Assembly: GCA_038279365.1 (NCBI GenBank)
Contig: JAYODI010000050.1
Coordinates: 7,829 to 30,931 of the forward strand
Reading direction: 5' to 3'
From: Candidatus Latescibacterota bacterium
Lineage (GTDB): Bacteria; Latescibacterota; UBA2968
Length of the DNA: 23,103 nt
Below are positions 9,358 to 18,018 of this stretch, piece after piece; positions within the stretch are counted from its first letter, which is position 1, and the number at the start of each line of letters is the position of its first letter. The position numbers and the translations under genes are program-made. Below the pieces are notes generated by a model. The model worked only from the letters and a program-made list of their open reading frames with translations, ran no database searches and had not been told where the DNA came from.

Positions 9358-10023
9358 ATGGCCAAACGACTTGCGCTCATTCACACTGCCAGCTTTTTAT
9401 CGGGTGTTTTTGGCAACTTGAGCAAAGAAATTATGCCCGAAGTAGACACCTTCAACATTGTAGACGAAAGCCTTATTGGCAACACCATTGCTGCTGGCAA
9501 ACTCACAGCAAACACATCTAAACGTGTGGCACAATACATCCAATCGGCCGAAGAAGCCGGCGCCGACATGGTTTTGGTTACTTGTTCGTCTATTGGCCCT
9601 GCCGTTGAAGCTGCACGTCCATTTGTCAACATTCCCGTAAGGCGCATTGACGAACCCATGGCCGACATTGCGGTTCAAAGTGGCAACCGTATTGGGGTCA
9701 TCGCCACATTATCGACCACATTGGAACCCACCCTTGCACTCGTTCAAGCGCGCGCAACGGCTCAAAACAAAAGTCCCGAAATGATTTCACATCTTTGTGA
9801 AGGTGCCTTTCAAGCTGTCATCTCAGGAGACACAGACACACATGATCGCATTGTGGCCGATGGCCTGCGCCAACTCATGCCTCAAGTAGACATTGTGGTG
9901 CTCGCCCAAGCCTCCATGGCACGTGTGGTTGACACACTCTCAGACGAAGAAAAAACAGTGCCCATTTTATCCAGTCCAAAATCAGGCATGGAAGCCACAA
10001 AAATCGCCATCGAAAAACTCTAA
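9358..10023 (+). CDS. Asp/Glu/hydantoin racemase-fold protein (single catalytic Cys)
   Basis: LALIHT, GADMVLVTCSSIG, RIDEPMA, IGVIATLSTTLEPT, VVLAQASMA, PILSSP. Confidence 0.78.
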   Translation: MAKRLALIHTASFLSGVFGNLSKEIMPEVDTFNIVDESLIGNTIAAGKLTANTSKRVAQYIQSAEEAGADMVLVTCSSIGPAVEAARPFVNIPVRRIDEPMADIAVQSGNRIGVIATLSTTLEPTLALVQARATAQNKSPEMISHLCEGAFQAVISGDTDTHDRIVADGLRQLMPQVDIVVLAQASMARVVDTLSDEEKTVPILSSPKSGMEATKIAIEKL

Positions 10024-10070
10024 AAAATCCATATCGCATTTTCACCCCCCATAGCACAAACGGACCACTT

Positions 10071-10721
10071 ATGCCTGCAGAAAACGACACGCCCCATATT
10101 GTTATAGTGGGAGATTCAACCGTTGCCACCAATCGCGAAGGCAACCCCAGCCACGGTTGGGGGGGTGTCATTCACGAGTTCTTTACCCAAGACGTCACCA
10201 TCATCAACCTTGCCGCTGGTGGGCGCAGTTCCAAAAGCTTCATCGGTGAAGGCCGTTGGGAAAAAGCCCTGACACATCCAGCCGATTACATCCTCATCCA
10301 ATTTGGTCACAACGACTGCCCCGGTAAAGGCCCCGAACGCGAAACCAATCCCGAAACCGATTTTCGCGACTACCTTCGCAAATATGTAGACGACTCACGC
10401 GCCATCGGTGCCGTTCCCATACTCATCACATCTGTCACGCGCCGCCGATTCGACAACGAAGGAAACATTCGCACCATCTTAGGCCCCTATGCAGAAGGCG
10501 CACGCGTGGTGGCAAAAGAAAAGGAGATCGCGTGTTTGGATCTCCACACCAAAAGCATCGACATGTTCAATCGCCTCGGAGATGAAGGAAGCACCTACAT
10601 CTCAGCGACACCAGAAGATCGCACACACTTTTCAGCAGAAGGCGCAAAAGTGATTGCCAAATTAGTCATCGAAGAACTCTCCGAAAAAGTGCGTGCACTC
10701 AAACCTTATTTACAAACATAA
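10071..10721 (+). CDS. Rhamnogalacturonan acetylesterase-like SGNH hydrolase (CE12-like)
   Basis: SGNH blocks VGDSTV, GGRSSKSF, IQFGHND and DRTHF. Confidence 0.88.
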   Translation: MPAENDTPHIVIVGDSTVATNREGNPSHGWGGVIHEFFTQDVTIINLAAGGRSSKSFIGEGRWEKALTHPADYILIQFGHNDCPGKGPERETNPETDFRDYLRKYVDDSRAIGAVPILITSVTRRRFDNEGNIRTILGPYAEGARVVAKEKEIACLDLHTKSIDMFNRLGDEGSTYISATPEDRTHFSAEGAKVIAKLVIEELSEKVRALKPYLQT

Positions 10722-10809
10722 ATCCCTCGTTTTGCAAAAAACAATCTGTATCATTTCTGATAAAAAACATTCAATCCGTAACAACACTTCACATGAGAAG
10801 GAGAAACAC

Positions 10810-11607
10810 ATGAAACTCGGAGCAAACTCAGTTCTTTTTGGCGGTCACGACATGGAAACCGCATTTCGGTGTATTGCAATGGCCGGTTATGACGGCGTTG
10901 AAGTCTCAGCCATTGTGGGCATGAGCGAACACTTGGTGCTCGACAACTGGCAAGAAATCGCCCCCAAAGTCAAAAGCTTGGCCAAAGAATATGGCTTAGA
11001 ATTGTTGGCCATGGAACAATCGCGCCAAGATGCCGAACTCATGGAAAAAGCGATGCAAGCCGCCGTTGAAGCAGGCATTCCCATTGTCAACTGTGGCCCT
11101 GGTGGCAAAACCGATGATCCATCCACTTTTCAACAAAGCGTAGACACCATTGGTGGCCTTGTGGATATGGCCGAAAAATATGGCGTCACACTCTGCGTCA
11201 AAGCCCACGTGGGGGCCGCCATCTACAACACACCCACCACCCTTAAACTGATGGAAGCCATCACCTCACCTTCTTTTGGCATCGACATGGACCCTTCGCA
11301 CATTCACCGTGCAGATGAAAATCCAGTAGACGCCATCGCCGCTGTCATCTCTCGCGTCAAACACGTTCACATTCGCGACTGCAAGGGCAAACAACACGGC
11401 CCAGGCGCACCCGAAGATCAGGCCAATGGCCGGGGTGACATTGACCTCGTGGGTTACATTCGCGTCCTTCACGAAAACGGCTATACCGGCCCTGTAGATC
11501 TCGAAGTCATTGGTGCAAAAGAATACAGCCTCGAACAATGCTGCACCATCGCCGCAGAGTCACGCGGTCACATGCAAGCCTGTCTGCAAGCTTGCGGCGC
11601 ACGTTAA
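10810..11607 (+). CDS. Sugar phosphate isomerase/epimerase (xylose-isomerase-like TIM barrel, AP_endonuc_2)
   Basis: AGYDGVEV, GIDMDPSH, HVHIRD, GRGDID, GYTGPVDLE. ATG at 10810 follows an AAGGAG RBS; the upstream extension in the ORF track is unlikely. Confidence 0.85.
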   Translation: MKLGANSVLFGGHDMETAFRCIAMAGYDGVEVSAIVGMSEHLVLDNWQEIAPKVKSLAKEYGLELLAMEQSRQDAELMEKAMQAAVEAGIPIVNCGPGGKTDDPSTFQQSVDTIGGLVDMAEKYGVTLCVKAHVGAAIYNTPTTLKLMEAITSPSFGIDMDPSHIHRADENPVDAIAAVISRVKHVHIRDCKGKQHGPGAPEDQANGRGDIDLVGYIRVLHENGYTGPVDLEVIGAKEYSLEQCCTIAAESRGHMQACLQACGAR

Positions 11608-11609
11608 AT

Positions 11610-11644
11610 AACAATGCCCTCCCTATTTGGGAGGGCATTGTTTT
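11610..11644 (+). terminator. Rho-independent terminator
   Basis: Perfect 14-bp stem AACAATGCCCTCCC-TATTT-GGGAGGGCATTGTT followed by further Ts. Confidence 0.85.
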
Positions 11645-11695
11645 GCCTTCAGCATTCCATCCATTATTCACAGGCCATCATCAGCGGAACCACCT

Positions 11696-12589
11696 ATGCC
11701 CCAAAATTTTCTCTTTTCTTACTTCCAAAACAACGGTGAAGATGGCCTGCATCTCGCATACAGTCACGACGGCTTGAATTGGGAACCCCTCAAAAACCAC
11801 CAACCCTTTTTGGCACCCAATGTCGGCAAAGACAAACTCATGCGCGATCCGTGTATTTACCCGGGTCCCGATGGACGTTTCCATTTGGTATGGACAGTGA
11901 GTTGGAAAGAAAAGGGCATTGGTTATGCATCATCTGATGATCTCATTCATTGGTCAGAACAACAATACATTCCCGTAATGGAACACGAAGAAAAGGCTCA
12001 AAACTGTTGGGCACCCGAAATAATTTATGATCCCGAACAAAAAGAATATCTCATCTTTTGGGCCACCACCATTCCTGGTCTTTTTCCCGACACAGATTAT
12101 CAAAGCAGCACCGGTGAAACGGGCAAAGGAAACAATCACCGAATGTATAGCACCACCACCCAAGACTTTATCACCTTCTCACCCACCAAGCTTTTTTATG
12201 ACCCCAGTTTCAATGTCATTGACCTCAACATCGTCAAAGACAAAAACCGTTACATCATGTTTCTCAAAGACGAAAGCGACAAACCCTTTACACCACAAAA
12301 AAACATCAAAATCGCCTATGCCGACCATGCCTCAGGCCCCTACACAAACGCCTCAGAACCCATAACCGGTGATTACTGGGCAGAGGGACCTTCTGCCATC
12401 AAAATTGGCGATACATGGCACGTATATTTCGACCGTTACCGCGATCACTTTTATGGCCTTATCACATCTACGGATCTCATACATTGGCAGGATAAGACCG
12501 ATCACCTCAACATGCCCAACGGCACCAGACACGGCTCCATCTTTAGCGTGTCAGATAAAGTTCTAAAACGCCTCTTAAAAAGCCAATAA
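11696..12589 (+). CDS. Glycoside hydrolase family 43-like five-bladed propeller
   Basis: GLHLAYSHDGLNW, LMRDPCI (general base), CWAPE, NVID, WAEGP (general acid), RHGS. Start taken at ATG 11696, downstream of the terminator. Confidence 0.85.
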   Translation: MPQNFLFSYFQNNGEDGLHLAYSHDGLNWEPLKNHQPFLAPNVGKDKLMRDPCIYPGPDGRFHLVWTVSWKEKGIGYASSDDLIHWSEQQYIPVMEHEEKAQNCWAPEIIYDPEQKEYLIFWATTIPGLFPDTDYQSSTGETGKGNNHRMYSTTTQDFITFSPTKLFYDPSFNVIDLNIVKDKNRYIMFLKDESDKPFTPQKNIKIAYADHASGPYTNASEPITGDYWAEGPSAIKIGDTWHVYFDRYRDHFYGLITSTDLIHWQDKTDHLNMPNGTRHGSIFSVSDKVLKRLLKSQ

Positions 12590-12724
12590 AACCCGTGTGT
12601 CAATTAACCCTAACACTCACCATTATCTTATCTGCCCCATTCATCAATGTCCTCACCATTTTTCAGGTATTGCACGGGCGTCATCGCGCCTCCGTAAATG
12701 GATAACACTTCCAAGGAAAATATC

Positions 12725-14104
12725 ATGGCCGAAAAACCGAATGTCCTCTGGATCTACGGTGAAGACCTCTACCCCAATCTCGCCTGTTACGGCACCCCAG
12801 TCGTACAAACACCCAACATTGACCAATTTGCCTCACAAGGCACCCTTTTCACAAACGCTTTTGTCACATGCCCCGTCTGCTCACCCAGTCGCTCAGCCAT
12901 CATATCGGGCCGCTATCAAACAAGCATTGGCGCACACAATCACCGCAGCAACCGAGACCTTCCCCTACCTCAAGACATTCGCCTCATCACCGAATATTTT
13001 CGCGATGCAGGCTATTACACCTGCAACAGCCCCGGCCCACCCTATGACAAGCCAGGCAAAACAGACTTCAACTTTCAACGCAATGGTGTCTTTGATGGCA
13101 TCGACTGGGCCAACCGAGAGCAGGGTCAGCCTTTTTATGCCCAAAACAACATCACCGACACCCACCGCGATTTCACACCAGATCCCAGCAATCCCATAGA
13201 CCCAAACACCGTTGAACTGCCACCTTATTACCCAGACCATCCACTCATTCGCAAAGACTGGGCGATGTATTTAGAAAGCATCCAAGTCTTTGATCAAAAA
13301 GTCGGCCAAGTACTCCAACGCCTTGAAGACGAAAACCTCGCCGAAAACACCATCGTCTTCCTCATCAGTGACCACGGCCGTGCGCACATTCGCGACAAAC
13401 AATTCCTCTACGACGGCGGCATTCGCATACCCTGCATAGTCAGATGGCCAGGCCACATCGAAGCCGGTGCGGTCAGCGACGCACTCGTCAGCGGCATCGA
13501 CTTTGCCCCCACATCCCTCTCACTTGCAGGCCTCGACGTTCCAAAAGAAATGGAAGGCAACACCTTCCTTGGTCCCAATGCAAAATTGCGCAACGAAGTT
13601 TTCTCCGCCCGCGACCGCTGCGATGGCACCGTAGACCGCATCCGTTGTGTGCGCACCCAAGATTATAAGTACATTCGCAACTACCACCCCGACCGCCCCT
13701 ACATGCAATTCAATGGATACAAATACCAGCAATACCCCCTTTGGACACTGTTGCCCCAGCTTGACAAAGAAGGCAAACTCACCGATGCGCAAAAAAAGTT
13801 CCTCTCCCCCTTTCGCCCCTACGAGGAACTCTACGACCTAAAAAAAGACCCACACGAACTCAACAACCTCGCCGAATCGACAGATCACCAACACATCCTA
13901 ACCGATCTCGGCAAACGCTTAGATCACTGGATAGAAACCTACAAAGATCAAGGTGCCATTTCCGAAGACCCTGCACGCATCGCAGAATACGCCCAAGACA
14001 TGCACAGCAAAAACCAATCGCGAATGGAAAACCAACATGGCATCACCCAACCCGTATCACCTGAAGAATATATTCAGATTTGGGAAAAAAGATTGTTGGG
14101 TTAG
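12725..14104 (+). CDS. Formylglycine-dependent (S1) sulfatase, Cys-type, sulfamidase-like, no signal peptide
   Basis: PNVLWIYGEDL, CSPSRSAIISGRY, GKTDFN, LPPYYPDHP, SDHG, EELYDLKKDPHE. AAGGA RBS before ATG 12725. Confidence 0.92.
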   Translation: MAEKPNVLWIYGEDLYPNLACYGTPVVQTPNIDQFASQGTLFTNAFVTCPVCSPSRSAIISGRYQTSIGAHNHRSNRDLPLPQDIRLITEYFRDAGYYTCNSPGPPYDKPGKTDFNFQRNGVFDGIDWANREQGQPFYAQNNITDTHRDFTPDPSNPIDPNTVELPPYYPDHPLIRKDWAMYLESIQVFDQKVGQVLQRLEDENLAENTIVFLISDHGRAHIRDKQFLYDGGIRIPCIVRWPGHIEAGAVSDALVSGIDFAPTSLSLAGLDVPKEMEGNTFLGPNAKLRNEVFSARDRCDGTVDRIRCVRTQDYKYIRNYHPDRPYMQFNGYKYQQYPLWTLLPQLDKEGKLTDAQKKFLSPFRPYEELYDLKKDPHELNNLAESTDHQHILTDLGKRLDHWIETYKDQGAISEDPARIAEYAQDMHSKNQSRMENQHGITQPVSPEEYIQIWEKRLLG

Positions 14105-14188
14105 AACGTATATACTTGGCATTGATACCAAAAAGCATTTCAAAATCAACACGTCACCTCTCAACTCAAATTTAAAAAGACCCAAACC

Positions 14189-15475
14189 ATGTCCGCTCCA
14201 AAAGAATCTGTCATCCGCAAAATGACCCGCCTCGCCATTGAGCACAACGCCGTCAACCTCTCCCAAGGCATCACCGACGAACCCGTCGTCTACGACCTTG
14301 CTTGGGCAGGCATATCGGCCATCCTTGGAGGCTCCGACGAAGGTGCCGAACAACTCCAAACCCTCACCTTAGGTGACCTGCTGAGCATACATAAGAGCAA
14401 CATAGAGCCTCACCTCAATACCTCACTCAAAAACCTCCTCTCGGTGCTTCAACCCACCCGAGATCGTTACAACCAATACTCATTCCCATTTGGCCTACCC
14501 GAACTGCGCACAGCCATTGCCGACTATACAAACCGGTTCTACAATTTCCGACCAGACCCAGACACACAAATCACGGTCACATCGGGCTCCACCGAAGCCC
14601 TCTCATCCACTCTACGCGCCATGTGCAACCCCGGTGACGGACTCATCATCTTCCAACCCTTTCACGAAATGTATCCCAACCAAGCCAACATTTTTGGCCT
14701 CAAACCCATTTATGTGACCCTCAACGAAAACCCAGAGACACAACAGTGGGAACTCAACGAAGATGAATTGACCAACGCTGCAAAAAACGCACGTGCCATC
14801 ATCCTCAATACCCCACACAACCCCACAGGCAAAGTCTTTACCGAAACAGAACTCACCTTTATCGCCAACTTATGCAAGCAACACAACCTCTACCTCATCA
14901 CCGACGAAATCTACGAACACATTCTCTACAACGACCACATCCACATATGCCCAGCAACCATAAACGGCATGGCCGAACGCACATTTGTCATCAACTCCAT
15001 CTCCAAAACCGCCAACGCCAGTGGCTGGCGCATCGGTTGGATTATTTCTCCGCCCCAATACACACCCCAAATTCGAGCCATTCACGACACCCTTGTCGTA
15101 CAAGCCCCCACACCACTGCAAAAAGGCGCCGAACATCTCTTAACGATGCCCGACGCCTTCTATAAAAACATCCATGTCCTCTTTCAACAAAAACGCGATC
15201 TGCTTGTAGATGCCTTGCGCAAAATTGGTTTTCAAATCACACCACCCAACGGCGCCTATTACCTCTTTGCAAACTACCGTTCCGTACCCAAATTATCTAA
15301 AATGAACCCCACCGATGCAGCGATGTATCTCATTGAAAAACTCGGTGTGGCCTGTGTTCCTGGCGACAACTTCTACCAACAAGGCAACAATGGCGACAAC
15401 TATTTACGCTTCTCCTTCTGTCGCCACCTCGACACCCTTACCGAAGCCGCCAACCGTCTCCAAGCCCTCACCTGA
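14189..15475 (+). CDS. PLP-dependent aminotransferase class I/II (YbdL/kynurenine aminotransferase-like)
   Basis: AVNLSQG, NQYS..GLPELR, NTPHNPTGKVF, TDEIYEHI, PLP lysine in SISKTANASGWRIGW, YLRFSFC. Confidence 0.9.
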   Translation: MSAPKESVIRKMTRLAIEHNAVNLSQGITDEPVVYDLAWAGISAILGGSDEGAEQLQTLTLGDLLSIHKSNIEPHLNTSLKNLLSVLQPTRDRYNQYSFPFGLPELRTAIADYTNRFYNFRPDPDTQITVTSGSTEALSSTLRAMCNPGDGLIIFQPFHEMYPNQANIFGLKPIYVTLNENPETQQWELNEDELTNAAKNARAIILNTPHNPTGKVFTETELTFIANLCKQHNLYLITDEIYEHILYNDHIHICPATINGMAERTFVINSISKTANASGWRIGWIISPPQYTPQIRAIHDTLVVQAPTPLQKGAEHLLTMPDAFYKNIHVLFQQKRDLLVDALRKIGFQITPPNGAYYLFANYRSVPKLSKMNPTDAAMYLIEKLGVACVPGDNFYQQGNNGDNYLRFSFCRHLDTLTEAANRLQALT

Positions 15476-15480
15476 CCCCC

Positions 15481-15509
15481 TTGCATGCCCATCCAAAACA
15501 CCCTATCTT
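15481..15509 (+). promoter_or_regulatory. Putative sigma70 promoter of the intergenic structured RNA
   Basis: TTGCAT (15481-15486), exact 17-bp spacer, TATCTT (15504-15509). No + strand CDS follows. Confidence 0.55.
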
Positions 15510-15515
15510 TTGCAC

Positions 15516-15636
15516 ATATTGGCCATTGCCCAAGCGCATTCAGGTAGCCAACCTATCAGCCGCTCGGACAGACGCCTTGATGCGATCGTCCGCCTGCACC
15601 TGACTCTACCTAATGCCTTTGGTGATGGCCGTTTTT
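15516..15636 (+). ncRNA. Candidate unclassified structured ncRNA (~120-nt rod-like hairpin)
   Basis: Nested helices between 15520 and 15631, upstream promoter, downstream TTTTT, located between convergent genes. Confidence 0.5.
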
Positions 15637-15645
15637 ATACCCTTA

Positions 15646-17835
15646 TCAACGCATAAATGCATCCCGCAACCCCGCATCCACATTCAAAATTTGCCCCGTT
15701 GTTTTGCTCAAGCGCCCAGAGCACAACAAATACGCAGCTTCGGCCTGATCTTCGGGTGTAATAGCCAAGTTGAGCAACGTGCGCTTGGCATAAAAAGCCG
15801 ACAGCTTATCGCGCAATACCTCATCCGAATCATCTTCAGCAAACGGCACATCATATTGCGCAAGCGAAGCCATCACTCGATCGCGCGGAAACAAAGAACT
15901 TCCCTTCACCACCGTTGCTGGTGCCAACCCATTTACGCGCACAAGCGGTGCCAATTCAATGGCTAACTCACGCACCAAATGATTGGCCGCCGCCTTGCTC
16001 GTATCATACGCCAAGGCACCTTTTTTTGCAACCACGCCGTTCACACTTGTGGTTAACACCAATGCACCCGAAAGCTTTTGTTTGGCCCAAATCTCACGCG
16101 CCACATCCGCCACGCGATAACTCCCCGTCACATTAATATCAAAAGTAAAAGCCCACTTGTCATCGGCAATACGCCCCGACTTATCAGGTGGCACAAACAC
16201 ACCCGCCGTAATGACCACCTCATCAATGCCACCATAAGCCAAAATTGCTTGGTTAAACAAAGCCACAATGCTCTCACGTTGGGTAATATTCACGCTCAAC
16301 CCAATCGCCTGCCCACAATTTGAAATGCCCGTACCAGCCACACCAATACCCGCACCGTACTTGGTCGCAATTTCCTGTGCCGTTTCTTGTGAGGCGTCTA
16401 AGTTCAAATCGGCACACACCACATGAGCACCTTCCGATGCCAACCGCAAAGCCGTCTTGCGCCCAATACCACTGCCTGCACCAATCACCACAGCCACGTG
16501 CCGAGCAAACTCTTTTTCAGGAGGCATGCGTTGCAACTTGGCTTCTTCTAAGGCCCAATATTCAATATCAAACGCTTCTTGTTGTGGCAATGCAATATAT
16601 TCATCAATGGCTTCCGCACCTCGCATCACTTCGACAGCACAATTATAAAACTCAGCCGTCACACGCGACTCACTCTTGTTTTTACCCCACGCAATCATAC
16701 CAATCCCCGGAATCAAAATCACCGTCGGGTTTGGATCACGCATCGCAGGCGAATCCGCTCGTTTACACGCATTGTAATAAGCTGCATAATCTGCGCGATA
16801 TTGAGCCAAGCCATCGGTCAACTTTGTCTTAAGCGCAGCCACATCCTCTTCTTGAGGATTCCAATCGACATACAAAGGCTTAATTTTGGTGCGCAAAAAA
16901 TGATCGGGGCAAGATGTGCCCAAAGCGGCCAACCGTTCGGCATCTGCGCTGTTCACAAAACGCAAAATGGCATCATCTGACTGAATCGTTGCCACAAAAC
17001 GATTGTGAACCGACACTTGCCCACGCAACCACGGCAACACATCTGCCAAAACTTCTAAACGCTTATCATCCGCCAAAGCATCATACTTCTGCCCACCAAA
17101 TGTCATATCGCCTTTGTCGCGTTTTTCAATATAATCTGCCGCTTTTTCAATCAACTGCAACGTCAATTCATAACACGCCTTGTCGTCATCAGCCCAGTTA
17201 ATGAGCCCATGTTGGCCCAATACAATGCCCTTTAAGTTGGGCTGTGCACGACACACGTTTTCCAGCACCAATCCCAAATCAAACCCAGGCCGTTGCCAAG
17301 GCACCCACGCCACATCCTCACCATAAATCTCACGTGTCAACTGTTCACCGTTTTTGGCCGCCGCAATCGCAATCACCGCATTGGGGTGCATGTGATCAAT
17401 GTGTTTAAACGGTACAAAAGCATGCAAGGGTGTATCAATTGAAGATGCGCGCGGATTGAGATTAAAGGTTGTGTGTCGATACAAATCCACCATCGCATCT
17501 TCCACGGGTGTTTTGGCTCCCTTATCTGGCGCTTGGTTATAAATGGCCTGTAACGCATACAATTTGTCTTGATAAAGCGACGCAAAATTCTCTGCATTTG
17601 CCGTTCTCAAATCACCACCAGACCCCTTCACCCACATCACATTTGTAGACGCACCGCCCAACGGATCATGTTCATTAATCTTCGAAGACGTATTGCCCCC
17701 TCCCGTATTGGTAATGCGCTGATCGCTACCCAATAAATTTGAGCGATAAACCAACCGTTCTAAAGCATCCATTTGATTGGCCTTTTGATCATCCCATCCA
17801 TACGTCACATACTGAAAATCATCTTGTGTTGCCAT
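15646..17835 (-). CDS. rhaEW: Bifunctional L-rhamnulose-1-phosphate aldolase / short-chain (lactaldehyde) dehydrogenase
   Basis: N-terminal class II aldolase (TNTGGGNTSSK, SIDTPLH, DHMHP, GTSCPDHFLRTK, FDIEYWALEEAKL) fused to an SDR domain (GAGSGIG, YDTSK). Confidence 0.93.
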   Translation of the reverse strand: MATQDDFQYVTYGWDDQKANQMDALERLVYRSNLLGSDQRITNTGGGNTSSKINEHDPLGGASTNVMWVKGSGGDLRTANAENFASLYQDKLYALQAIYNQAPDKGAKTPVEDAMVDLYRHTTFNLNPRASSIDTPLHAFVPFKHIDHMHPNAVIAIAAAKNGEQLTREIYGEDVAWVPWQRPGFDLGLVLENVCRAQPNLKGIVLGQHGLINWADDDKACYELTLQLIEKAADYIEKRDKGDMTFGGQKYDALADDKRLEVLADVLPWLRGQVSVHNRFVATIQSDDAILRFVNSADAERLAALGTSCPDHFLRTKIKPLYVDWNPQEEDVAALKTKLTDGLAQYRADYAAYYNACKRADSPAMRDPNPTVILIPGIGMIAWGKNKSESRVTAEFYNCAVEVMRGAEAIDEYIALPQQEAFDIEYWALEEAKLQRMPPEKEFARHVAVVIGAGSGIGRKTALRLASEGAHVVCADLNLDASQETAQEIATKYGAGIGVAGTGISNCGQAIGLSVNITQRESIVALFNQAILAYGGIDEVVITAGVFVPPDKSGRIADDKWAFTFDINVTGSYRVADVAREIWAKQKLSGALVLTTSVNGVVAKKGALAYDTSKAAANHLVRELAIELAPLVRVNGLAPATVVKGSSLFPRDRVMASLAQYDVPFAEDDSDEVLRDKLSAFYAKRTLLNLAITPEDQAEAAYLLCSGRLSKTTGQILNVDAGLRDAFMR

Positions 17836-17878
17836 GTCCGTTTATCTCCGTTTAATTGTTTTTTTGTTGAATAAACCC

Positions 17879-17907
17879 AATATAACATAAAATTCGGACA
17901 CAAACAA
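17879..17907 (-). promoter_or_regulatory. Putative promoter of rhaEW
   Basis: Minus strand TTGTTT-17 bp-TATATT with an extended TG. RBS CGGAGA at 17845-17850. Confidence 0.55.
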
Positions 17908-18018
17908 ACATAAAAAATGTGGTTTTTGTTTTGTTTTTTTGTATTTTTGAGATAACTTATAAACAAACGCAGATTGATTTTCCTAAAATTATCTCCCAAT
18001 TTCCCATTGGAGCACACC

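Noticed and set aside
10693-10809. N-terminal extensions in the ORF track (also starts at 11627, 17974, 21352, 21858, 22261)
   Set aside because: They overlap upstream genes, terminators or promoters. Downstream starts fit the RBS and/or the family N-terminus better.
12597-13199. 200-aa alternative-frame ORF, plus other overlapping or antisense ORFs (e.g. 7256-7873, 16320-16832)
   Set aside because: They lie over well-supported genes, have no recognisable motifs and show shadow-ORF composition.
15485-15547. 20-codon ORF MPIQNTLSFAHIGHCPSAFR in the same gap
   Set aside because: No RBS, it begins inside the predicted promoter, and it has no hydrophobic type I toxin character.
15520-15631. Naming the long hairpin as SRP RNA (ffs), 6S RNA or an attC site
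   Set aside because: The minus strand has CAGG...AGCGG around a helix but no GNRA-capped helix 8. It is too short for typical 6S RNA and lacks a large central bubble. It has no RYYYAAC/GTTRRRY ends. Left unclassified.
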